From the NCBI GenBank assembly GCA_963727625.1, contig CAVSHR010000005.1, positions 512,001-576,000 of the forward strand: a stretch of 64,000 bases of DNA, written 5' to 3'. The DNA comes from an uncultured delta proteobacterium (GTDB taxonomy: Bacteria > Desulfobacterota > Binatia > UBA9968). Positions 11,036 through 18,768 of this stretch are shown here, one piece after another (positions within the stretch are counted from its first letter, which is position 1; each line of letters starts with the position of its first letter). Made by a program: the position numbers and the translations under genes. The notes beneath the pieces are model-generated. The model was not told the DNA's origin, did no database searches, and saw only the letters and a program-made list of their open reading frames with translations.

Positions 11036-12262
11036 TTAGTTTCTAAATCTTGCCCGGCCGGAGTGCGCGCCGCTTTCAATCGGTAAACAGACGATGAATT
11101 CCGCAGCCTCTCCAGGACGGCTCTTAAAATAGACATCACCTCCGGCATTATCTAGATATTTGCGTACCTGAGTTAATCCCTCGCCGCTCTTATCGCGCGC
11201 GCCCTCCAATCGCGACGCAGGCTCAAACAACGATTTCAATCGATCGGCTACTCGGTTCGACTCCATCCCCTTTACGACCACTTCCAAGTCGCCGTCTTCG
11301 CGCCGCACGGTAAGTCGGACCGCTTCATTCCTGGTCGCCGACGCGGCATGGTCGACCAGGGTATGCAAGACCCTTTTGAACATGGCCGGAACCAGCGTTG
11401 CGTTGCGCGGCGCATTGGGCGTGTAAATCACTTCGACGTTGACACCTCTCTCGCGGGCGGCGCTTCGGCAAGAGGCCACCGACTGGGAGATGGCGCTGGT
11501 AATATCGACAACCGCTTCGTCGACAATGTTTTCGAATGGGCTGGAATCTTCATCGGCGCAATTGGGCAGTCCGGACAGCGCATTCATGCTATCGGTGATT
11601 TGCTGGACGCTCGATTCGACACTCTGGACATGCTTTGCACATTCGCTCTGCAGCGGCCCCTCGAGCTTGTGGTGGATCAGCGCGACGTTGCCGACAACAA
11701 CCTGGAGGGCATTTTTCACATCGTGAGATGTTGTAAGGAGCTCGTGCTGGTGCTGCTTTCTCGCGGCCAATTCATGCACGACCCAACTCAATTCACCGGC
11801 CAAGGATTGAAGCAAAAACAGTTCATGAGGCGAATAACCCTTAGGCCGGCCATGGCCGAGCATCAAAAACCCAAAAGAGCGACCCGCTGGCGGTGTGAGC
11901 GGCGCCACTACGGCGCTACGGTAGCCGAACCCAGCGCTTACATCGTTATGCCATGTCACCGGTGCTGACGATTTGGCTACGAGATCCATACAGCGACGTG
12001 AGAAATTCTCCGGCAATTGGCAAACAGCGGCCTCAGGCTGGCCGACCTCCAGGAGTTGCTCGTTGGGCGCCGCAAGCGCGCCGTAGCAAAAATCGACGGC
12101 GAAAAATCGCCGCAAACGCGCCAGAAAGTGAGTGAATAGGACTTTTTCATCAACGAACTGCTGATTCCAAATAAACGCGCGAATTAGATTGGCTCTTTCC
12201 CATAGGCCGACGAATGATTCCCAGCTTCCCGACGGTTCTCTGATTCCCTTGAAAGCCGACAT
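11036..12262 (-). CDS. GAF-domain histidine-kinase-like protein with degenerate ATPase domain
   Basis: GAF-like SAVVAPL..GRSFGFLML; H-box SHDVKNAL; C-terminal GGDVYFKSRPGEAAEFIVCLP. Confidence 0.75.
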   Translation of the reverse strand: MSAFKGIREPSGSWESFVGLWERANLIRAFIWNQQFVDEKVLFTHFLARLRRFFAVDFCYGALAAPNEQLLEVGQPEAAVCQLPENFSRRCMDLVAKSSAPVTWHNDVSAGFGYRSAVVAPLTPPAGRSFGFLMLGHGRPKGYSPHELFLLQSLAGELSWVVHELAARKQHQHELLTTSHDVKNALQVVVGNVALIHHKLEGPLQSECAKHVQSVESSVQQITDSMNALSGLPNCADEDSSPFENIVDEAVVDITSAISQSVASCRSAARERGVNVEVIYTPNAPRNATLVPAMFKRVLHTLVDHAASATRNEAVRLTVRREDGDLEVVVKGMESNRVADRLKSLFEPASRLEGARDKSGEGLTQVRKYLDNAGGDVYFKSRPGEAAEFIVCLPIESGAHSGRARFRN

Positions 12263-12337
12263 ATTCCGTTTGCGACCCTTGCTCGCCTGTACGCCGCAGC
12301 GACACAACTGGGGGCGATATTACACAGGTTGGGAGTA

Positions 12338-12353
12338 ACCAAATTTCATACCA
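12338..12353 (-). promoter_or_regulatory. Candidate sigma-54 promoter (imperfect -12)
   Basis: TGGTAT-GAAAT-TTGGT versus consensus TGGCAC-N5-TTGCW. Confidence 0.4.
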
Positions 12354-12506
12354 TGGCGATACTCTAAAAATCTCCTTAAATTCCTGAAGCTTAAATATAA
12401 AGCGGCTAAGTCTGACGGCGTCACTGAAGCCAATTCCCTACACACATGAAGGATTCCCAAGGGAAATATCCACTTGATCCTCAGCCGAACCGTAACCGAT
12501 TAGTCG

Positions 12507-12878
12507 CTATCGTTCGAGACCTTGTTGTCTCAAACGTTCATTCTCGCGCCGCAAGCGCTCGATCTCGCGTTGATTTTGCTCGCTTTGCATAGCCTGATCC
12601 TGCTGCCGCATTTCCTGACCCATTAAATGATCGCCGATCAACGCCCCGGCAAGCAGGCCGACCGGTCCACCGATCAAAGCACCGGCGGCGGCATGCCCTA
12701 CCATGCTGCCAATGATCGCGCCGGATCCGGCACCGAGGCCAGCACCGATTAGACCACCCTGCTCGCGCGTGGTAATCGGCGCGGAACAGCCAGCAACCAT
12801 CACGACTAAACCGAGCATCAACGTACCGACTAAAACTCTGCTTACCATACCGAGACCTCCTCTAATTTTATTCATCAT
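12507..12878 (-). CDS. Glycine-zipper lipoprotein
   Basis: Lipobox VAGC, GGLIGAGLGAGSGAIIG...GALIGG, Gln/Arg-rich helical tail. Confidence 0.85.
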   Translation of the reverse strand: MMNKIRGGLGMVSRVLVGTLMLGLVVMVAGCSAPITTREQGGLIGAGLGAGSGAIIGSMVGHAAAGALIGGPVGLLAGALIGDHLMGQEMRQQDQAMQSEQNQREIERLRRENERLRQQGLER

Positions 12879-12888
12879 TTTCAGTAGC

Positions 12889-13281
12889 TTATAGCATCGT
12901 GGCCAAGCCGTCTCCGCTCTCTATCAACAGAGTGATTAGCTGGTTTCGCGCGAACGGTTTGCGCAAGACCCTAGCGCCAAACTCAGCGATTTCACGTTGC
13001 AAGACAGCATTGAACTGATCAACGGCACCGCTCATGTAGAGCATTTTGACGCGTGGGTTAAGCACACGAATCAAGCGCATCATCCCGACACCGTCCAACT
13101 TCGGCATCTGGATATCGGTTAGAACCCAATCCGCCGGCGAACGCAGGTAACTCATGTATCCATCAATGCCGTCACAAGCCGTGCAGACTTCAAAGCCGGC
13201 CGCTCGCAAGGTGAGAGCGACAACTTGGGCCAAAGCCTCATTATCGTCGACAACTAAAACAGTCTTCAGCTTGACGGACAT
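12889..13281 (-). CDS. Single-domain response regulator receiver
   Basis: VLVVDD, LTDIQMPKLDG, MSG, KPF. Confidence 0.9.
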   Translation of the reverse strand: MSVKLKTVLVVDDNEALAQVVALTLRAAGFEVCTACDGIDGYMSYLRSPADWVLTDIQMPKLDGVGMMRLIRVLNPRVKMLYMSGAVDQFNAVLQREIAEFGARVLRKPFARNQLITLLIESGDGLATML

Positions 13282-13312
13282 GGATTAAGCTCTTTTACCG
13301 GTAGCTGTGACG

Positions 13313-13328
13313 AGCAATCTGTATTCCA
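13313..13328 (-). promoter_or_regulatory. Sigma-54 promoter
   Basis: TGGAAT-ACAGA-TTGCT about 30 bp upstream of the receiver ATG, followed upstream by an AT-rich tract. Confidence 0.6.
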
Positions 13329-13844
13329 TAGGCGTTGAATTAGGATTTTAATGTTAAGTATCTTAATATATTAAATAAATATTATTTTGAAATAGATCAA
13401 CTGAAGGGTTCTTCCTACACGATGAAGTGTCGACTCTGGCGAGGGGCTTTCCGGATGCTAACAAACGATGAACTTCTGCCAATGCTGCGCGATTTGTTCG
13501 TTTTCCTAACTTATTCGATGCCTAACTGCCGGGTTGAGCCGCTCAGTTCATGCGCCAAAGCCTCTTGCGCTTCCCTAAGTGTCTCGCTGACCTCTTGTTA
13601 TGCGATTGCGCGCGGACGTGGGCTCACGCAGTTCGTCGTGCGCGAGCTCACAAGGTTAAGGCGGTTGCACTGAGGTATGCGCTGGCAAATAATCTGATGC
13701 GGGCGGTGACGCTCGCCCAAACGGCGCGGACACCGTCTGCATTGCGGGGCAGAGCTCTACAGCGCCATTGAAGACGCCGCCCGGAGCGCCTATTGGCACT
13801 GTACCATGCCGTCAGGTAGCACGGCGCGAGAACCGGGGGGGGGC

Positions 13845-14089
13845 CGGCAGGGTAATGACCGGCAAATCCACCTCGCTTGGCACGTCGGATAAATTTGCGA
13901 AGCAGCGCACGCCGGCAATTTCTTGGTATTTCGGATTGACCAGATAGAGCTTGCCCGCGTAGCCGAACTCTCGGAAAAACGATTCGGTCTATCGCTCAAC
14001 TTGTTTTGTTCCGTGGAGGCACTGATCAAAGCCATCGAACAAGGGTGAAACAGCTTCTTGGGTCCAACCTTTTTTCCACATTTGCTCAT
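13845..14089 (-). pseudogene. N-terminal remnant of an acetate-CoA-ligase-family (CoA-binding domain) gene
   Basis: LFHPCSMALISASTEQNKLS, then after a frameshift FREFGYAGKLYLVNPKYQEIAGVRCFANLSDVPSEVDL; remainder absent. Confidence 0.75.
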
Positions 14090-14242
14090 CTTCTTGTGGG
14101 CTACCGATGCCTGCGGCGACTGCTCTTAGATTTTCTTTACAAGCACACGCCCGGCAGCCCGCTGAAGTGACCAGTCCTATCTTACAATGGCTTCAGAGGG
14201 AAATTTCTCTTGCGGCTGCGTCAGCGGACAGCGAGCAAGATC

Positions 14243-15637
14243 TTAACGCTTTCCATCCTTTTGTGTCAGCCAGGCAACGGGAACGAAGTCTTTCAAGTCG
14301 AGACGTTCGAAGACATCCATGGGAACCCTGTGCCTGGGCGTAAAACTACTCAGAAGAGGTTTCGCCGTGGCGTCGATCCCCATCTTCGCCGTCACTCCAT
14401 CCTTCAAGTCGGAGGGATCGAGATCCGAGCCGCCGACCATGCTGACGATCATGACATCGCGATCCGCCTGGCAGCGGGTGCCCACTGCCCACTGCACCCG
14501 CTGGTCGTTGAAGATATCGATATCGTGATCCACCACGATCACGTGTTTCATGTACATATCGGCGCCGAGGACGGCAAGGATAGCGTTCTTTCCCTGCCCC
14601 TCGGTCTTTTTCTCGATCGACACATAGACAGTAAAGGGCGCGGGGATTCGCACCCCCTTCACAGACGGAACCATGGCCTTTACCGCACGGAAGAGATTGG
14701 CTTCCATGGGAATGGTGGACAGCAGCAAGTGATCCAGGTGGCCGACGGCAATATCGTGCAAGAAGGCATCTTTCCGATGGGTGACGGCCTTGACGTGGAA
14801 AACCTCGCGCTTGCGGCTGCCCAGCGAATAGCCCGTAAACTCCCCGAACGGCCCTTCGTCCACTCTTTCAAAGGGGAGGATTTCGCCTTCGAGAATCATC
14901 TCCGCTCCAGCGGGAACCTTCAGATCCATGGTCTCCGCGGGAACTACTTCCATCGCCGCACCGGCCAAAGATCCCATTAAGTAAAACTCTTCTTCGTCGA
15001 TGGAGCCAATATTCAACGCTCCCAGCGACCAGGCAGGGTGCGCCCCCAAGATCACGGCGACCTTGAGCGGCTGCTGCATTTTTTCCGCGTTGGTATAGAA
15101 TTCCCAGAGGTGCTTGGCCAGCGTCAGGTGGATGGCGGTGCGATTTTTGTCGATAAACATGAGGCGATTAAAGCTGCAGTTAAGGCGGCCACCCAAGGGA
15201 TCGCTGGCCAGGGTGATGCCGGCAGTCAGATACGGCCCTGCATCATCTTGATGATGGACAATCTGGGGCATGGCGCGCAGGTCCAGCTGCTCTCCCTTCA
15301 AAATGACTTCTTTAACAGGCCCGGTATCAACTTCCTTAGGTGGAATGCGACGCTCAATGCGCCGCAGATAGTTCGCCACGGCGTCCCGCGGGTCACTGCC
15401 GATGGCCGAGGCCAAGCGCCGGCGCGCGGCGTGGACATTTGTCACGACAGGAAATTTGCTGCCCTTGACGTTTTCAAAGACCATTATGGGAAACCGCCTC
15501 TCCTGTTCCAGCTTGACCACCAGAGCCGTGATCTCGAAGCGAGGATCCACCTCCTTGCTGATGGTTAAGACATCCTCAGGGGATTCCTGCCGGACTTTTT
15601 CGATGAAGCTGCGCAGATCGTTCACCATGCGATTCAC
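14243..15637 (-). CDS. UbiD family (de)carboxylase
   Basis: DLRSFIE start, EGPFGEFTGY, VVDHDIDI, WAVGTR, AKMGIDAT. Confidence 0.92.
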   Translation of the reverse strand: MNRMVNDLRSFIEKVRQESPEDVLTISKEVDPRFEITALVVKLEQERRFPIMVFENVKGSKFPVVTNVHAARRRLASAIGSDPRDAVANYLRRIERRIPPKEVDTGPVKEVILKGEQLDLRAMPQIVHHQDDAGPYLTAGITLASDPLGGRLNCSFNRLMFIDKNRTAIHLTLAKHLWEFYTNAEKMQQPLKVAVILGAHPAWSLGALNIGSIDEEEFYLMGSLAGAAMEVVPAETMDLKVPAGAEMILEGEILPFERVDEGPFGEFTGYSLGSRKREVFHVKAVTHRKDAFLHDIAVGHLDHLLLSTIPMEANLFRAVKAMVPSVKGVRIPAPFTVYVSIEKKTEGQGKNAILAVLGADMYMKHVIVVDHDIDIFNDQRVQWAVGTRCQADRDVMIVSMVGGSDLDPSDLKDGVTAKMGIDATAKPLLSSFTPRHRVPMDVFERLDLKDFVPVAWLTQKDGKR

Positions 15638-15858
15638 CTCCGATAAAACTTCTCGACGAAATCGAGATGGGTTCGCAGGTCTTGCGGCGCCATAAAATTG
15701 GTCGATCCCGACTCGACGATTTTAGAGCTCTCTTCGCCTAAAAACTGGTGACGACAATTGGAATACATTGCCTTTATTTTTTTGTGCCGCAGTTCCTGGC
15801 AGAGACGATAAAACTCACCCTTGCACTGAGGATACGTTACCCAGAAGATTTTCGTCAC
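15634..15858 (-). pseudogene. Decayed small zinc-ribbon-like gene running into the first codons of a deleted second UbiD-like gene
   Basis: FWVTYPQCKGEFY...MYSNCRHQF looks like two damaged CxxC knuckles; MAPQDLRTHLDFVEK (from 15693) resembles a UbiD N-terminus. Confidence 0.45.
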
Positions 15859-15954
15859 GGTTTCTCCCGGCCTCAGCGACTTACATACAGAACCTGAAAA
15901 TTTATCTCTAATATTTTTTGCGCCGCGACAATGTGAGTAAACCATAGGATCGCA

Positions 15955-16170
15955 TTTTTATCGCGCCAAGACGCTGAGCATTCCCGAAGCAAAATCCTAA
16001 ATCCAAAACACCAAATCCGAAACAAACCAAAATACGCAAAGTCGAAAACCAAAAAGATAAAATCCAAAATGAGGGAGTTTCGGACTTTATGTTATTGGGT
16101 CATTTGAATTTGTGTCGAAGTTAGGATTTGCAGCTTTGTCTTGGCGTCCTTTGCGACTTTGTGTGCGTTA
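15955..16170. repeat. REP-like intergenic composite inverted-repeat element
   Basis: CGCCAAGAC near 15964 inverted to GTCTTGGCG near 16138; internal AAATCCTAAATCC/AAATCCGAAAC mirrored by GTTTCGGA/TTAGGATTT. Confidence 0.45.
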
Positions 16171-16251
16171 CTTACTTTTTGAGAAAGCTCTTCAGATTTT
16201 TCTTTTCGCCGTACAATTGTGGCGCGCTTGCGGACTTCAATGCGAGCACCG

Positions 16252-17697
16252 TTATGCCACTTTTTTTGAATTGCTTTCATTTTTTTTGGCGGCTGAGTAT
16301 CGCTTCAACAGCTCGGATTTGAGAATTTTTCCGATTGTTCCTCTCGGCATCTCCTTCAAGATCGTGAGTTTGCGGGGATACTTATAATGCGCCAGGTGTT
16401 CCTTGCAGTAAGAAATGATTTCTTCGCTGGCGGCCTCGGCCATCGGCTTCAGAGTAATAAAGGCCGCGATCTCTTCGCCCAGGTCAGCATCGAGAACCCC
16501 CACAACGGCGGCCTCGGCGACCGCCGAATGGGAGAGCAAAACTGCCTCCACCTCCTGCGGGAACACGGAATAGCCTCCTCTAAGGATCCTTTCTTGCTTT
16601 CGCCCAACGAGTCGAACGAACCGGCCGGGCAACACAGTGCCAAGATCGCCAGAGCTAAACCAGCCGTCCTTGAGGACCTCCCGGGTTTCTTCAGGGTGAT
16701 CGAGATAGCCATCCATGGCCGCGGGAGACTTAATTAACAATTCGCCCACTTCTCCATCGGTCAGCAATATCCCTTCTTCGTCGACCACTCGTATTTCCAC
16801 ACCTGGAACAAGTTTCCCGGCGGCGCCGGGCAACTCTCGTTGATCGTCGGCAAAATAGGAAATGGAACGAGGGACTTCAGTTGCGCCATAGCCGCACAAG
16901 ATTTTGACGCCGGTATTCTCGTGCCACTCTCCACAGAGGTCGGCTGAACAGGGCGCGGCTCCTGAAGTCGCGACCCGGAGGCTCGACAGGTCGGCTTTAG
17001 AAAACAAAGGCGAACTGAGAAGGCGCCGAAAGATCGTCGCCACACCCGGAAGAATTGTCACACGGTGTTTTTTGATCGCCGCAAAAACACTCTCAGGCGT
17101 GAAGTGCTCGATCACTGCCACGGTCCCCCCGAATAGGAGCGGCGCAAGAAGTCCGGCATACATCCCATAGTTGTGGGAGTAGGGGAGAACTCCAAGGACC
17201 ACATCCTCATCTCCGAGATCCATGATCACTTTGCCCCACAGCCGGGTGCCGAAGAGCACGGCCTCGTGGCTGAAGACGGCGCCTTTAGGTCGGCCGGTGC
17301 TTCCAGAAGTGTATACGATGACGGCCGGAGATCTGGCACGTGTAGGTGTAATCCACGAAGAATCCGCCACCGGCACGTCATCGATAACCTTTTTTGGCCG
17401 TAAATCGGCGAGCAGCTCCCCAAGCTCTTCTCCTTTAAGATCCGGACTCAGTGGAGCGACCGTGGCGCCGACCTTAAGGACCGCTAAGAAGGCAACAACA
17501 AAAGTCCAACGGTTTGGAAGCAGGATAGCGACCCTATCGCCCGGCCCTATCCCTTCGTCAGTAAGATACTGAGCGAATCCCGACGCGTGTCGGTCAAGTT
17601 CAGCACAGGTTAGCTTGCCGCCCTCCCATACCAAGGCAACCTTATCACCCGAGCGACGCGCGTTAGTCTCCAGGCAATGGACAAAATTTTCTTCCAT
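16252..17697 (-). CDS. AMP-binding acyl-CoA synthetase
   Basis: YTSGSTGRPKG, GYGATE, SGDLG, GKILK. Confidence 0.92.
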   Translation of the reverse strand: MEENFVHCLETNARRSGDKVALVWEGGKLTCAELDRHASGFAQYLTDEGIGPGDRVAILLPNRWTFVVAFLAVLKVGATVAPLSPDLKGEELGELLADLRPKKVIDDVPVADSSWITPTRARSPAVIVYTSGSTGRPKGAVFSHEAVLFGTRLWGKVIMDLGDEDVVLGVLPYSHNYGMYAGLLAPLLFGGTVAVIEHFTPESVFAAIKKHRVTILPGVATIFRRLLSSPLFSKADLSSLRVATSGAAPCSADLCGEWHENTGVKILCGYGATEVPRSISYFADDQRELPGAAGKLVPGVEIRVVDEEGILLTDGEVGELLIKSPAAMDGYLDHPEETREVLKDGWFSSGDLGTVLPGRFVRLVGRKQERILRGGYSVFPQEVEAVLLSHSAVAEAAVVGVLDADLGEEIAAFITLKPMAEAASEEIISYCKEHLAHYKYPRKLTILKEMPRGTIGKILKSELLKRYSAAKKNESNSKKVA

Positions 17698-17732
17698 TTT
17701 TCCATCCCTCCAACGCCGGTGTTATTTGAAAA

Positions 17733-18734
17733 TCAGGGGCTCTTGTCTTCCAAACCGACTATCTGAGCCAAAGCCCTAGTCACGTAAACCTTTGTCATGC
17801 GTTTGCGATACCAATAGTCCATGTCGGTGTTGTCCACCGGATGCGAGAGCTTCGCTGCAGCTTCGGCGACAACCTCGATGCGCTCTCGGGTCACTTTCTT
17901 CCCTTCCAGCACAGGAGCGACATTCACCATAACAGGGGCTGAAGAGACGGCCGTTAGAACAATTTTCGCCGAACTGCACAGCCCCTCGCCGTTAAATCTC
18001 ATGGCAGCAGCCACGCCGAGCACCGGAAAGTCAAAAGACCCTCTACGGCGCAGCTTTAAGTAGACATTTCTCTGACCAAAGGCCGCACGGGGAATTATGA
18101 TTCCCTGGAGGAGTTCGTCGTTTTTCTTGGACAGAAAATGAATGCCATCATTGCGATACAACTGGTCGAACAGGACCCGGCGATCGCCTTCGCGGCCGAC
18201 CAACACCGCCACGGCGTTCAAGCTGCAAAGGACCGGTGCCGTATCGGATGAGAAAACGGCGAGGCAGATCTTGCTCTTCGGCGCCACGAGACAGATCTGG
18301 CCGTCTTTCTTCAGGCAAAAGCCGGCTGCGTTGCGCCAGAAAAAGCTCTGGTCATAATAATTACAGCGGGTGTCGACAAAAACATTGCCACCGATAGTTC
18401 CGACATTGCGAAGCTGCGGCGTGGAGACCAAACCGGCGGCTTGAGAAAGAGCCGGGAAGAGCTCATTGACGGCCCGGTTACGGGCCACATGAGTCAGGGT
18501 TTCTCCGGCGCCGATCCACATCCCTTCCTTGTCATCGGCACGAATCCCTCTGACCTCGGCTAACGATCTGAGAGAAATCAAATGGCGGGGAGTAAACTGG
18601 CCCCGCTTCATTTTGGGATAGACGTCCGTGCCACCCGCCACAGCCATGGCGTCGGTTCCCAGCTCTGAAAGCAGGCGCGCCGCCTTTTCTAACGATTTGG
18701 GCCTTACATAATTGAAATCAGGTAGTCTTAACAT
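17733..18734 (-). CDS. hcrB: 4-hydroxybenzoyl-CoA reductase beta-like FAD/[4Fe-4S] subunit
   Basis: AGGTD, LRNVGTIGGN, cysteine insert RCNYYDQSFFWR...CLKKDGQICLVAP...C. Confidence 0.8.
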   Translation of the reverse strand: MLRLPDFNYVRPKSLEKAARLLSELGTDAMAVAGGTDVYPKMKRGQFTPRHLISLRSLAEVRGIRADDKEGMWIGAGETLTHVARNRAVNELFPALSQAAGLVSTPQLRNVGTIGGNVFVDTRCNYYDQSFFWRNAAGFCLKKDGQICLVAPKSKICLAVFSSDTAPVLCSLNAVAVLVGREGDRRVLFDQLYRNDGIHFLSKKNDELLQGIIIPRAAFGQRNVYLKLRRRGSFDFPVLGVAAAMRFNGEGLCSSAKIVLTAVSSAPVMVNVAPVLEGKKVTRERIEVVAEAAAKLSHPVDNTDMDYWYRKRMTKVYVTRALAQIVGLEDKSP

Positions 18735-18737
18735 TTT

Positions 18738-18768
18738 CTCTGTTCTCTGTCTCTGTCTCTGTCTCTGT
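18738..18768. repeat. Hexanucleotide tandem repeat (CTCTGT x5) filling the hcrA-hcrB gap
   Basis: CTCTGT t CTCTGT CTCTGT CTCTGT CTCTGT. Confidence 0.85.

Noticed and set aside
13430-13840. Short ORFs 13422-13673 and 13550-13771
   Set aside because: No recognisable motifs or SD; the area holds upstream regulatory DNA and decayed sequence
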